From Saccostrea echinata (Eukaryota), in contig NW_026889774.1 of NCBI RefSeq assembly GCF_033153115.1, positions 1 through 64,000 of the forward strand: a stretch of DNA of 64,000 nucleotides. Reading direction: 5' to 3'. Below the pieces are notes generated by a model that saw only the letters and a program-made list of their open reading frames with translations, searched no databases and was not told where the DNA came from. Shown here piece by piece: positions 13,401 through 39,864 of this stretch (position 1 is its first letter; each line of letters opens with the position of its first letter). Position numbers and translations under genes: made by a program.

Positions 13401-16400
13401 TTTAATATCAATATAAATATAGTTTGTTTAGAAAAATATGTATCATCAATTTACATTTCAGATTGAAGCAAATTTTGGGTGCTCTTAAGTTGCCCTTAAT
13501 CAGAATTTTAATGCACATGTCAAACACATGTCTGATACATATATAATGTATATATGACTGTATGATCTACTGGATTAGATTAAAATAGATCAGTCTAGAA
13601 TCTGAACATCTGTTTTGTATGTGTCATTATACGGTATATACTCACCTATAAGTCGGTCCGCTTATAAGTCGGTTGCATTCTTTAAGCTTATATTAGAGGG
13701 ATTGACCCTCTAAAATACCAATCATTTTATGACTCGCCTATAAGTCGGACACAGAGTTTTGGACCAAAGTTTAACTCCCAAATAACCGACTTATAGTCGA
13801 GTATATACGGTAGTTAAAAAAAAATTCTAAATAGCACATGAATGCAAAATAAAAGTTTCTGAAAATATGCTAAAAAATATAGATTTCTTATATAAAGCTG
13901 AATTTGAAAGTTTCAGATGCATGTGACATGATTTTTCAAAATGTATTTTCTAGCAAAATAATTCAGTTGCAGTAAGATTGTATCAGCATCAATCAGTGCC
14001 TTCTATTTATAGCAAAAAAATAAAAATTATGAAACTTAGGATTTTAATATTTAGCTTTTCAGGCATCACTATAAAAAAAAAATTGGATTATGTATTATAT
14101 TACATATCAACTAACTTTGAATGCTCAAAAATTGGATTAAAGAAATGGTTTTTATGTTGAGTTTCTGTTATATGTCATGATATGTAGTTTTCAATATTTT
14201 TTTCAGTAAATTTGGATATTTAAAGATACACTGTGTATACGTGCATGTCAGTTATATTTTTGTATAAACAAGTTCTGATGTAAGGTCAGTGTAGATTTTT
14301 AATTAGGTTTACACATGTTTACTGTGAAATCGCTAATATTCAGGGTTTAATTTGTGTTGTTTTCATAGTATGGAGAGACCCACAAATTCTTGTCCTTCTC
14401 GAAGTGTTAAGCTTTCAATGTGTTTCTTCTTCACCCAAGAAATCAAATCACAAACCAATACTTTTTCCTCAAAACCACTAAAATTTGACCCCACAAAAAC
14501 AAGTGATTTTACAGTAATTTACATGTATATACATGTATATTTACTATTTTTACATTTACATGGTTGTTGTGTTATGTGACTGTCTTACATCGTCTAATTG
14601 TTTCCTAAAATAAAATCTTGATGTCTTAAATTTTAGCCTCCATGCCACAGTCCCCTACCGATTTGATGTCCCAGGATTCCTTCACTTATCCTCACACAGG
14701 AACTCCAGGCTCAACAGCAAAGACTCCTGGGAAGCACAAATCTCTTCTCCACCAATCAGAAACTGGGAGACATAAAAGTCACCATAGCAGCAGTCATGTG
14801 ACACCAAAATCTGTTTCCTGGGAGACCTTGGTGCTCTTTGCTGTTAATCTAGCCAAGTTGGATTTACATGTCAACATGAGCAATGTCATGGGAAACACTG
14901 TGTAAGGCATAATGAGGGTACTGAACTAATTAACAAATAATTAAAATGTATTGTATAAGCTAATCTTTATTTATACTCAATAAAATATGATTTTTAGCTC
15001 TTCTGAGCCAAAGGCTATGGCCTTTTTTGTGGTGTGCGTAAACTTTTTAGAATATGGGCCATAACTCAAGAACCCCTTGGCCAATTATTGTCAAATTTGT
15101 CACAGGGTATCCTTGACCCAAGGGCTCCCGTTATACTAAAACTAGGGTTGTGACCCTTAAACAAGGGGAGATAATTAGGAAAAAAGAAACAAACGTACTG
15201 GTTGCTAAAAAATCTTCTTCTCAAGAACCACTGGGCAGATTTCACCAAACTTACACAAAAGGATCAGGATATGTTGTAGATTAAAAATTGTTCAAGGCAT
15301 CACCCTGGGGCAAAGGGTGCGGTCTCAAGGTCACTTCAAAGTTGACCAAAAATTACATTTTATTAAAATGTTGATATTTTGCTTACTATAAGGACTGGGA
15401 TCTTCAAATCTTGTCAGTTGATGCATCTAAGAACCTCATATCACGTTGACTCAAAAGTAGGTCATGATGACCTACTTTTAAAATTTTGCGGCCATTCTTT
15501 TTCAAAATGATTTAGAGGCATATTTTGAACAATATAAGGCCTATGATATTCAAACTTTGTCAGTTGATGTATCTTGGGTCCTCTGAGTACGTTGACTAAA
15601 AAGTAGGTCACCTTGACCTACTTTTTGAATTTTATGGCTAATCTTTTTCAAAACAATTAAGGTCATTGATTCGAATACTGAGAGGTTAAGAATTATTAAA
15701 TCTTGTAAGATGATGCATCTTGGGGCCATAAAACATATTTATTAGAAAGTAGGTCACAGTGACCCACTTTTTGAACTTTGCAGGCATTCGATTTCAAAGC
15801 ATTTTAGAGGCATAATTTGGACATTTTAAGGCCTATAATTATAAAACTTTGTAAGTTGATGCATCTTGGTTCCTCAAAAATGTCAACTGAAAAGTAGGTC
15901 ATTGTGACATACATTTCAATTTATATGACTATGATTAAATATTTGGGTACTAATTGGCTTAGAATCATCAAACTTTGTCAGTTGATGCATCTTGGGTCTT
16001 CAGAGTAAGTGGACTGAAAAGTAGGTCACCATGACCTACTTTTGAAAATTTATGGCCTTAATTAAATATTTCAGGTACTAATTTGCTTACAACCATCAAA
16101 CTTGGTCAGTTGAAGCGTCTTGGGTCTTTGGAGTAGGTCAAATGAAAAGTAGGTCACCATGACCTACATTTGAAAAGTTAAGGCTTTACTTAAAAATTCC
16201 AGGTACTAATTGGCTTAGAATTATCAAAACTTTGTCAGTTGATGCATCTTGGGTCCGCAGAGTTAGTTGACTGTAAAAGAGGTTACTGTGACCTATTTTT
16301 GGAAATTTAGGGCTTTATTTAAATATATCAGGTACTTATGAGCTTAGAATCATCAAGTTTTTTCAGTCGATGCATCTTGGGTCCTCAAAGTATGTCATCT

Positions 16401-19400
16401 GAAAAGTAGGTCACTGTGACCTACTTTTGAAATTTTATGGTTATAATTCTAAAAATATTTTAGGTATTAATTGGCTTAGAATCATCAAACTTAGTTGATG
16501 CATCTTGGATCCTCAGAGACTGACAAGTGATAAGTAGGTCACCATGACCTACTCTCGGGTACTAATTGGCTCAGAATCATCTTGGGTTCTCAGAGTGTTT
16601 CATCTAAAATGTAGGTCATGATGACCTGCCTTTGGAATTTCAAGGCTTTATCTAAATATACAGGATACTTAAAGGCTTCAAATAGAAGTGATAGGTTGTA
16701 CAGTTTATCAGAAGTGTGATTCAAGGCCTTTGGGCCTCTTGTTGCTTATGGCCTAAGTTGTGAAATGCTTTCAGTGTATCTTTAAAAATCAAAATCATTA
16801 AATCATTCAGGATTTGAAATCAATTCTAATACATTAATTTGATGTAAATTTATTAGTGACTGTATAGAACAACCTAAGGGAGGTTGTGAAGTATATGTAG
16901 CATTTTCTGAAGGTCATATTACAAGGTCAAATTCAGGCGAATTACATGGTGATCGATTTGGAGAATTTTTAAAGTGCCAAATCTAAAACAGATGATATAG
17001 ACTACTTCATGTACATACATGCTAGAAGGCATCCATTTCTTAACCTGATTTCAAGGACAAGTATAATTTATATGATACCATACTTATGAGAATCTAAAAA
17101 CACATACATAAAATATTAAGAACATTTGATTAACAAATTAAATTTGTGGAGACTTTCTTGTTGTTAATTTAACCTTGTCTCTCAGGTGGACCACACAGGA
17201 AATCAAAAGTCAGGGGAGTCTGTCCATTCACAGTAACGGTCATCGTGACCTGAGGATCACCGCCGGTACAGGGAATTCCCACTTTGACTCTCGGGGTGGA
17301 GTAGTAGGAGGAACCATTGACCTCAATGACCTTAATCTCTTCGGTAAATTTGTTAACTACATGTACAATTTTTTAAAATAAAAGCTTTTGTTTGATCAAA
17401 GACGAATTTGATAGGCATTAAATTGTTAAATTCTGAATGAGAGATAAGACAAAACAGGTATTCAGGCAAGGTCGTCTTTATGTATATTTTCTCATTCAAG
17501 TGTACAGTATATGTATTGGTATTTTTTCTCTTATGTTGTAAAGTATGTTAAATAAAACACATATAAAAACATAATGTTTCTAAAAACAGTGGAAGTTAAT
17601 GAAGATCCTGAACAAGGGAAGCAACCCTTACACAGTATGGGAGTCTCGCTGTACACCATTGAGTGTCGTATGGATTACATGGGCTCCAGTGTCCTGATGG
17701 CTCGACTCAATGAATTCAGAATTGCTCTGAAGGATGAATGGCTTGTCCAAGATAAACCAACAAGTGACACTCCTTTGGCCACTACAAGGTACATCATATT
17801 ACAAAATGAAATATTTAAGGAAAAACACAGTCAAGTTAGTACATGTATATAGAATGGTGAACATCATTCATTTCTGAAAAAAAAAATGAAAAAAGATTTT
17901 ATTCATTTTAAGGTTTAATTAAACTTTTATGGTGTATGTTAAATTTTTTGTGTACTCTGTCTCCTAGAAGTTAACTTTAAAAGCATGAAAGAAAAACATC
18001 ATAAGTAATTAAGATATACGCTGCAGTAAAATATATTTGAAAGATGAAATGATTGCCTTCTATTTAGGCCTGCTATCTTGTTTGCCCATGGCGACCTGCA
18101 CTGGGAACAGTTCCACATGATGATCTCTCGCTCCACCACTCCAGATATCATTAAAATGGTCTCCAAAATAGAAGAGTTTTTCATGAACCAATTTACTAGT
18201 AGCAGGCGTGTGTTGATGACTCTTGGCCCCAAGTCAGGAGCAAAGAGAGGAAGTGAACGCAGAAAAATGTCTGATGATGTTGATTGTAAGATCATTTATT
18301 GTTATTTAGTTAGAGTTTTTTTGGTGCTTTTTGCGAAATGGTCACATTATTTTGGAGAAGAATTTTATCCCTTTCGCAAGAAAAGGCACTTACTTCTTTG
18401 CTTGAAAATTTGAAAACTTTAAATTTTTTGTAGCTTCAGAAACTTCGAGTGCAAAACTGTTTAACATAATGTCAGAATTGACATACATGCATGAATATCA
18501 CTCTTCTAGGTATATGGGACATTCGGCACCACAGACACTGGCAGAGAGCTCTAGAACTTGTGGTTGGATGCCGTTTTTCTATGCTGCCTAGCATGATGCC
18601 AAAGGAGGGCACAATACTCGGTGGGAACATGACCTTGAAAGGCAAAAACCTGACCTTGGCCTGTTTCCATGGGATGAATTTCAAAGCCAAGTCATGGGCT
18701 CTATTTACAATGCATGAACCTTACATAATATTTGCCACTGAGTCTCAACAGCTGCCTGAAGGAGGTAAGTCAGAAATTACGTAGAAAAAACAGATCCTTT
18801 AGAGCCATTGGAAGCTGAAATCAGCAGCCTGCATTGTACAGTTTATAAAAAAATGGCTCAAACCAATAAAGTAGTACTGTTGAATTTCGGTATCTTGAAT
18901 ATTAACACCTCGAAACCATAGATATGTCGAAGTGATTTGGAAGTCCCAACCACATATTTTTAAAAAAATTTACCCTTGATATCTTGAATCCTCAGATATC
19001 TCAAAGTTCTTGGTCTCATCAAGTTCAAGATAACAAGGTTTGACTGTATCTTAAAAGTAAAATGCAGAGCATTTACAGTAAAGTATTTACACTGTGTGTA
19101 TGTACTCAGGGTTGACATGTTTATTTTATGCCCAGGAATCCATGTGATCCAGAATCTGAACTTTTACATTGGGCATGACCTGACACAGCATACGAAGGAG
19201 CAGCACATGGCCTACATCTGTATGCTGAGTCGGGGCCACTCTATGCCTCCTTCCTTCACAAGTGTCCAGGAGTGGTTCCACTACACTCTAGCCACATCTG
19301 ATATCAAAGGTAGGGGCAACAGAGCTTTGTTACCCCTCCCCCCCATCCTTTTAGGTAATGGTAGAAATAATGAAAACCTCCCTCAAGATAAGATCTCATA

Positions 19401-21411
19401 CACTTCTCTTCAAAAATTTATAGCTAGATCCTAGGTGGTGTTAATTAAGCCTCTTGTTTGAAAAAAGCATCTTTCTCTCCACAGTAGTACTTGTACATTA
19501 AATATATGGCAGTACCAATACATCAAATAAAAATATAGAGTCCCAGTCTCTCTGGTCAATAGCTACATGTAACTTTGTGCCAGATTTGTCAAATACATGT
19601 AATTATGTATTTTTCAGGACTTGACTGCTTCCCACAGATGCTTCATGAAGAAGATGCTCTGGAAGCGCGTCGGATCAGGAAGGTACAGGCCTATAGTCAC
19701 GACACGGAGATGATCTTTCTCCTGCCCTCTCTCCAACTCCAGCTAAAAACCATTCACAACCAGTCTCAACATGAGCCAAAACCTGATGGTATTTATGCAA
19801 ATGTTAAATTGGAAAGAAAAGAAATATTTTTATTTTTCAACTATGAAGTCAAATTTGCTCTCTGTAAATTTTGTATGATCCAAAATCCAAATTATAAACA
19901 TGAAATAAAAGCTCAAATTCAAAAGGTTAAATTATTTCAACATTTAAACATTACAATAAAACACAGGTACATGTAGTTGGATAAAAAAAAATGTTGATGT
20001 TGAAAGCAAATTGAATTATTTCTTATCATCGTCACCATACTTCTTTTTGTTGATTATCAACATTTTATTTCATTTTTATTCCCAGACCCTCGTCCTGTTG
20101 TGGAGTGCAGTTTTGTCACAGAGTTTGAGGATCATATTTTTGTTGCCATGGATGCAGAGGTCATTCTGTTCCTTCATGACCTTATTCTGTCATATATCAA
20201 GGAGAAGGACAAAGGTAGGGACATAGTGATTAAACATTCCATAAAGGTATACAACTGTGACAAAACATTCCATAAAGGTAGACAACTGTGACAAAACATT
20301 CCATAAAGGTAGACAACTGTGACAAAATATTCCATTAAGGTAGACAACTGTGACAAAACATTCCATAAAGGTAGACAACTGTGTCAAAACTTCTGTAAAG
20401 ACATCTCCATCTGTTGGCTTATTTGATTTTAAGGTTAATAAAAAAAAAGAATGTTCAGATTTCCATTCATAATTTGAAATATGTATTTTTTACTTTCTTT
20501 GGACAGTAGCATTGTATTTATATGTACTTGGTGCTTATCCTTAAAAATACAGTCACTGTGTATTTTCTTATTTTTCATGAAAACTTTACCATTATTTTAC
20601 ATATTTAGAGAATCTCAAAAAAATTACCCAAACATAAAGCTTTCTACTAAAAAAAAGGCATTTAATATATTTCACAACTGGTTGACACACTTTATAAGCC
20701 AGCTGTAGCCAAAATTATGTGAAATGTTGATTTAAACTTGGTTAATTATAGATTAAAAGTGACTGCAAAACAATTTTTAGGGACTAAACCTCCATACGGA
20801 ACAAGTTCTAAATCTCCACGAACCCCAGAAACAGAGAGAAAGAGGATTACAGACCCCACATCTGCTCTGAAGGAGGACTGGAGGGTGTTCGAATGTAATA
20901 CTTGGCATCTAGAGCCCACAGTCAGGTAAGTGTTGTAAGAGACTATGAATGATAAGGCTTTTTGCAAGTTCATGGCATAATGAAATGTGAACATAATTCA
21001 AACTACAAGATTGTTGCATTCTTGATAATGTGAAATATATTTACATGACTGTATATTGCATTTAATTTTCTTTCAAAAGAATGATATGCAAATTATAATG
21101 AACCTAATGCACAAATATAATTTTAGAAAGCTTTCTCTAAAGTACAATAAGAATCAAAGCAGATTTGAGATAGAAATGGCCAACTTATATTTTACAGACT
21201 TCTGCACTGGGCCAGTAAAGGTAAAGAAATCGACACAGTGGTAGTGGACTATGTCTTACAGAAGCTAGGATTTTCTCATGCTCGAGTCACCATTCCAAAA
21301 TGGATGCAGAGAGGATTCATGGACCCACTAGACAAACTGTTATCATTCCTGATAGAAAAGCTCATTCTCGCTCTCAAAACTCAAGAAAAAGAAGTTGCTG
21401 AGGATGCATAG
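4490..21411 (+). CDS. BLTP1: Bridge-like lipid transfer protein 1 (KIAA1109/Tweek/FSA), C-terminal ~1,320 aa; 5' part lies outside the window
   Basis: 20 GT-AG exons join in frame: 4490-4693, 4989-5189, 6693-6855, 7009-7401, 10287-10380, 10695-10940, 11147-11362, 11568-11726, 12183-12329, 13175-13390, 14637-14901, 17186-17343, 17590-17788, 18068-18285, 18510-18764, 19136-19309, 19618-19788, 20086-20214, 20781-20925, 21198-21411 (TAG). Recognisable motifs: EPNIDFELDVKVFIDNGKCVLHP, LYAWLSLQSLPEEMVISPCILDFLE, DIGSAAFKYDMRRLSEILSFPKAWY, and the C-terminal DYVLQKLGFSHARVTIPKWMQRGFMDPLDK. Confidence 0.95.
5280..6117 (-). mobile_element. Helentron-associated non-autonomous element (HINE) with ~146-bp tandem units
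   Basis: GTGAGGTCA anchors at 5352, 5459, 5605, 5751 and 5896. One end has a GACG/GACA-type microsatellite and the hairpin ATGCCC..GGGGCATAAAAA. The other end has the hairpin ATGTCCATAGGACAT. Confidence 0.7.
8257..9947 (+). mobile_element. HINE/Helentron-derived element
   Basis: Starts TTATACGCCCGTC..GACGGGACGTAT followed by a (GTCC)n microsatellite. The matching subterminal inverted repeat GACGGGCGTAT is at ~9915-9925. Flanks are T-rich. Confidence 0.65.
13632..13810. mobile_element. Tc1/mariner (pogo-like) MITE
   Basis: TA-flanked imperfect TIR CGGTATATACTCACCTATAAGTCGG / CCGACTTATAGTCGAGTATATACGG. Similar TA-CAGT/ACTG-TA MITEs occur at ~6160-6376, ~14320-14516, ~18874-19048 and ~58273-58449. 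Confidence 0.7.
14993..16743 (+). mobile_element. HINE/Helitron-type element with a degenerate 120-135-bp tandem array
   Basis: 5' end TTAGCTCTTCTGAGCCAAAGGCT. About 10 copies of TTGATGCATCTTGGGTCC...AAAGTAGGTCACnnTGACCTACTTTT (15400-16630). The 3' end has the hairpin AGGCCTTTGGGCCT followed by CTTGTT. Confidence 0.7.
20211..20390 (+). repeat. 31-bp minisatellite (~6 copies) starting at a BLTP1 exon donor
   Basis: Unit AAAGGTAGACAACTGTGACAAAACATTCCAT at 20211, 20243, 20274, 20305, 20336 and 20367. Confidence 0.9.
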
Positions 21412-23525
21412 ATTTTTTTTTAAACAGAAAAAAAATATGTGTCAACTTTAGCTTTTACCTTTAGTGTGATGTTTTATGGTAAATGTATAGACAATCAGAA
21501 TATAGAAAATTTAACCTTTTTTGGGAGTGTTAAACATTTTTATGATTAATGTACTTTTTGAATATTTTAATTGTAATTCAATGAAGTATAAAGTGCACAG
21601 TAACTTGTATCAAATAATGGTTAATATAAAGTTATTCATTATAATTATTATATAATAATAATGTTTTTATAATGGAAATTAAGAAAATATTTATAAGTTT
21701 GAAAAAGAGCTTCACACATGAATTGGTGTGCAAAATTCCAAATACCGGTAGGTTTTTCTTCTTTTAAAAAGAAGAAAAGAATACTTTGATAAGATTTTAA
21801 GATCTGTATAATTTTGTATAAACAAGTACAATACATGTAAGACAGTGTGTAAATATGGCTAGTAATTATAATTATATATAATATATTGATTAAAACTGTA
21901 CAACAGTATCATAATCATTTGTGTGAGTTGTATATGTTCCATAATGTAAGTAAGTCATAATATTTACATAGACCTGTACAAGTACTGTAGTACAGTATGT
22001 ACATGTACCGGTATAACAGATGTGCTAAATTTACTATATGTACATGTACCTAACTCAAACATGGTTACATTTTGGAGAGCAAATGTACAGAAGCTAGTCT
22101 TAATATTAATCTGAATTCTTTTTGTGTCTACTAGCTTCAAATATAAATTTCTTATTGGCTAATGATTTCAATTTTAAAAACATTATAGGAACCCATTTAA
22201 GTTGTCACTTATCGTTGAACTGTGTTATATATTTTTAATACTTTGCACAGTGGTTAACTCTAATATTGAATTATTGAAAGAACTGTGTTTTTAAGTACTT
22301 TCATAAATGATTAAAAAGTTGTAATACAACTGTGATTGTTTTAAGAGAAGGCATTTAATTGTGTAATTAATTGTGAAAAAATGGGGCATTGTGATTGAGA
22401 TTCTTCTTAATTTTACATTATTTCATAATTACCTGTACAGATATATATACCTGTATAAAATTGTACTTGCCAGTCCCCCCAAAACAGCAGGATACTTCTG
22501 AAAACATTTTTTTCTCTCTTCTGAAAATATTTCAGTATTTACTATGCATTAGGCATATTTGTCATTGAATTTTTTGGAAGAGAGACATCAATATTTACAG
22601 AAATGTCAATTCAGGGATGATTTTCTTAATCAGAAATGTCCTGCCTCCTTATATTTTCTTGCTTATTGTAAGAATGTTAGATAGAGACTGAATATATATA
22701 ACAATTTTTGTGTGTATATGGTTAAGAAATGCATAATAATCAATACAGTGTATAATGTTATGTACAGGTATTACTACATGTATGTGGAACTATGATTTAA
22801 GTATTTTTAACTTCATTGTCTCAAAATGCACTGTATCTTGCAGATACTCAAATTCCAGTTTATTTTGCTCATGACATTTCTATACATAGCAGAGCTGTAC
22901 TAGCTTCTACATTGTATGTATTTGATTCATCAAGAAATCTAACCAAAGCTATGGAGTTATAGTTAGTATTATTTTTTATAATCTCTTTTCTTCCAGATTC
23001 ATAAAATTTGTATATTGAAATTCAATAGAAATTTTTATACAGTCACATTTAACTGCCACAAATCATGTTCGAAACTTTCCACTATTCTGGTCATGCTTTT
23101 TACTTTACTACTTTACGTTTGTCAATTCGTCACCATGTCTGTTTACAGCCCCACCCCTCACCCTTTATCTCACAGATCTCATTTTTGCAGTGTGGTTAAG
23201 TCGCATGTCTTAATTTGTCACAAAATTAATAAGTTAATTTAATGTCATCGCCGAAATTGAAAAGCACAGGTTGTTCATAGAAGTGTTGTAGATAGATTTA
23301 TTGCACAGTGCCTGTGATAACGAGATGTTTATAACGAAATATTTACATTTCCAATGTCTTTGTCCGAGATAAAACTACAAATAGTAAAAATACTTTATTT
23401 CTACATAAATCTACTGATTCATCGATAGGCGTGGTTAAAAAGAATCACATGCGGGGCGGGAAAAATAGAGACAGAAGCGGGGCTTGTAGCTCGTGAATTT
23501 GCAGAATCAAGAGCATGTAAATATA

Positions 23526-23684
23526 AGGAATAACTGTCAGATTTTTTGGTTTCATGAAGATGATCAATCGATTGGCTTGCGTGATAATTTTATGCATAAA
23601 CGCCATCGGCATTTATGCAAATTATCACTCAAGCCAATCGATTGATCACATCATGAAACCAAAAAATTAGACAGTTATTCCTTA
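23526..23684. mobile_element. Palindromic (fold-back) MITE-like element
   Basis: TAAGGAATAACTGTC...GACAGTTATTCCTTA with ~70-bp near-perfect arms around the centre GCCATCGGC. Confidence 0.75.
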
Positions 23685-24374
23685 AATAACTCATTTACGG
23701 GTAAAATAGTATTTCTAGTCTAGACAGATAGTTCTTGTGCAATTTTAAAAAAATCTATAGAGAATTTTTTTTTTGGAAGTTTAATTAAACAGCTTTTTTT
23801 TTTTAAATGAAAAAAGTTTAAGAATATTTTTTATCACAACAAAAACAAATTCTATAAGATTCTTTGTGGAAAGCAACCAGTATATTAAATGTAAGTTGAA
23901 AAAATACATTAAATTCTCTGACATATATTTCAATATTACATTTTATATGCTGTGGTACAGGGAAGACAAAGTCTGTGGGATATCAGGATTTTTTTTAACA
24001 CCCACATTAAAAATAAAAACTGTCCTGTATAATTATGTACATCAAAGAATATCTTATCACTTTGTAATGTATCCTGTATTATTTACATCTGAGTTTCCTG
24101 AATGGTGTGAACAAGACAACACTCCCTAACTTTTATATTCCTTCTAACATTAGAACCCCTAGACCAAGTACCTTGTTATGTCCTTACATTTGTTTCTGTT
24201 AAAGATTAATAAAAACCGGTAACACAAAAACTGTTTTGTTTTGTTTGATAAAATGATTTATTATATGGTGGATTTGAAGCTTTAGACATTTCCGTCTGTC
24301 AGTGCATGTAAGGTAATGCTTATCAGCCTGGATATTTATTATTTATCAGATGCTACCAATGCCTATAAAAATCT

Positions 24375-25261
24375 GGGGTCCTCATAGATCATTTAGCTGA
24401 GTTGGTGACCATCCCTAAGAGCTCTATTTTAACAAAGGGCATTATACCTTTACCCAAGGGCACTCTTTGGGTAAAGTTTGAGTCAGATGGGGCCTGTTAC
24501 AGAAAATATGCTCCAGAAAAGGATTTTACACAGAGAGGTTTTCTGACCTTTCCTCTAGAAAATTGGCTCAAGTACACTATGCACACTCTATCCACAGGCT
24601 TTCTATGGATGAAGTACAAGTCCAAATGGGCCAAGGAGAGAGGAGAGGAAAAGGATTTCACACAAAGAGATTTTCGACTTTGAACTTTCATCTAAAAATT
24701 TTGTTCAAGGTCACTGCACACCGTCAACCCATGTGCACTCTAATGGGTGAAGTATGAGCATAACTGGGCCAAGGGGAGAGAAAATATGCTCCAGACAAGG
24801 ATTTAACACAAAGAAATTTCTTACCTTGACCTTTCACCAGTTAATTCATTCAAGGTCAATGAACACCCTCAACCCATGGACACTCTATGGGTGAAGAATG
24901 AGTTCAACTGGACCTCAGAGATAAAAAAATAAACTATTGACAGGGATTTTATGCAAAGATTTTCTGACCTTGACTTTATCTAGAAAATGTCAAGGCCACT
25001 AAACACCCACTACCCATGGGCCCTCTATGGGTGAAGTTTAAGCCAAACTGGGCTCAAGGTGAGAGAAAATATGCTCCAGACAATGATTTTACAAAGAGAT
25101 GTTTTTTAACCTTGATATTTGATCTCCATGGGCACTCTATGGGTTGAGTTCATCTAGGCCAAGCAGAGAGAAAAATGTTCTCTGCAAAAAGAAATTGGAT
25201 GGACTGATGGATGGACAGTCAGACTGATCACTACAGAACACCAAAGCAGTGGGGGCCTAAT
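24375..25261 (-). mobile_element. Degenerate HINE with ~150-bp tandem units
   Basis: Repeated CACTCTATGGGTGAAGT..TGGGCCAAGG..AAAATATGCTCCAGA..TGACCTT, with a (GGAT/GGAC)n microsatellite near 25200. Confidence 0.55.
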
Positions 25262-26447
25262 TATTCACTTTGTTGAAATTACTTTCTTTCCAGACATTTA
25301 TATTAATTGAAACCCATGGAGTTACATACTGCTGAACTTTGACTTTCAATTCCCTAATAAATAAGCATAAATGGTATACATTATATTATATGATTAACTT
25401 ATATTCAGTCCTTAACCTTTTGAAAGGTCAAAAATTAAGGTTTCCTTCCTAACATCACATTAAAACAGTTGAAATATGTAATTGTGACCTTGACTTGTTT
25501 TTCTATTCAGCTACAAACTTTTGGCAATTTAAAACTGAAAGTTAAATGACCCTCTTCCTGTAGATATCATACCCACCACAATTGTGATCTTGACCTTTCT
25601 AGCATGATAACTAAAGATGAACCAGAGTACCCAGTATGGCTTTTTCTTCTGGTAAGTTAATCATTTAATTTAAAGTTCAACAGAACTGACATACATGTAC
25701 ATGTATTAATTTTCAATAGATCAAAAATATACAGCTATCTTGAAGTGCATGTACAATGTACATGTATCAGTCCTAACCAAACATGTAGTAAATAAAGACA
25801 GCTATATACATTTTTTTTTATAATTTATTTAAGAATTCATGCCAATGGGAAGAAATAAATGTTTATTTTCTTTGTACTTCATATATGAATGCATGTATTC
25901 ACATCATAATTTATAAACATAAAACTCTTCACAACCAATTTATAGAGATTATCATTCAAGTATTAATTATATCAAATTTAAAATAAGACATTTTCAGTTT
26001 AGTAGGAAATTAACAGAGATCTGGGAATTACTTTAAACTAATTTTATACAGAAAAAAGACATTTCTTTGTATTAAAAAAAAGCAAATACATGTAAAAATA
26101 AATTATAAGAAAAATAAATGGATGGAATTCAGATTGTGACTAGTCACAAAAATAATATCACATATAAAGGTAAACATCGATGAATACTCATAAATACTTA
26201 ATAAATAAATAAAAACTCATAAACGTTAGACTTCATCGTTTTGCAGATCTACACAGGTACTTCACTAATTTGATTTCTCAGAAAAGTAGAAAAATCAATA
26301 CATTGTATAACTTGCTGGCTACAGAAGCAAAGCAATGTGCACAGAAACTTGATTTCACAACAGTTGTTATTAGAGTTCAGTAGTAGGCTAAAGTCCAATA
26401 ATGATTGCTAACTCAATGATGATCAGTGTGCACAAGGCTGCTGTAAG

Positions 26448-39278
<12,831 letters not shown>

Positions 39279-39580
39279 GTTGCTACTAATCAGTTTTCCA
39301 TCAGCTTGTTAAGAAAATTCTTCTTCCTAATAAGTAATTGTAAGTACCTGTAACACTTACAGGCCTCTATTCTCAAAACTGTGTCTCACTTATTCACTGT
39401 CTGTCAATATAAAAATATTTGGTATGTATCACTGTTAATTTTATCTTAATTTTGATTGGCTAAATTAATTTATCTTTCGAAGGCCCTCTAGATTTTCCAA
39501 ACAAATTGATTACGAAAGAACAAGATGGCTGCGCCCTTGGACTGACGGAATCTTCTTGATGTTCTAAATCTTTAATTCAG
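39279..39580. promoter_or_regulatory. Probable bidirectional promoter / 5' UTR region for KIF3A (-) and COA5 (+)
   Basis: About 300 bp separate the KIF3A ATG from the putative COA5 non-coding exon donor (CAG|gtgaat, 39580). It contains an inverted CCAAT (GATTGGC, ~39454) and a YY1-like CAAGATGGCTGCG (39521-39533). Confidence 0.55.
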
Positions 39581-39864
39581 GTGAATTATAGTTAAATTGT
39601 AAGCAAACAGAGATAAAAGCAAATCAGACACGAAAAGTCAACATGATGACAAGACTGCAGATCAGAAAACTAATGCTAAAGTGGTTTTTCAGACCCAAGT
39701 TCGAAATTCCTCAACAATTGTTGTTTGTCAGACATCGTCCAAGTTGGCAGAAGAGTCGCCGAATGTTAACTATTTGGCCTTTGTATTAGATGAACATTGT
39801 AAACTGATGAAAATACAACTATGGTTTTGGATTATTTGGATTGTGTAGGAGACATAAACTGTAC

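Noticed and set aside
14273-14284. Possible BLTP1 microexon (aag|TTCTGATGTAAG|gtcagt)
   Set aside because: It contains an in-frame TAA and has a weak acceptor, so it is unsupported without RNA data.
24402-24757. Overlapping short ORFs (also 48136-48504 and 20174-20387)
   Set aside because: They arise from HINE or minisatellite sequence and have no splice or domain support.
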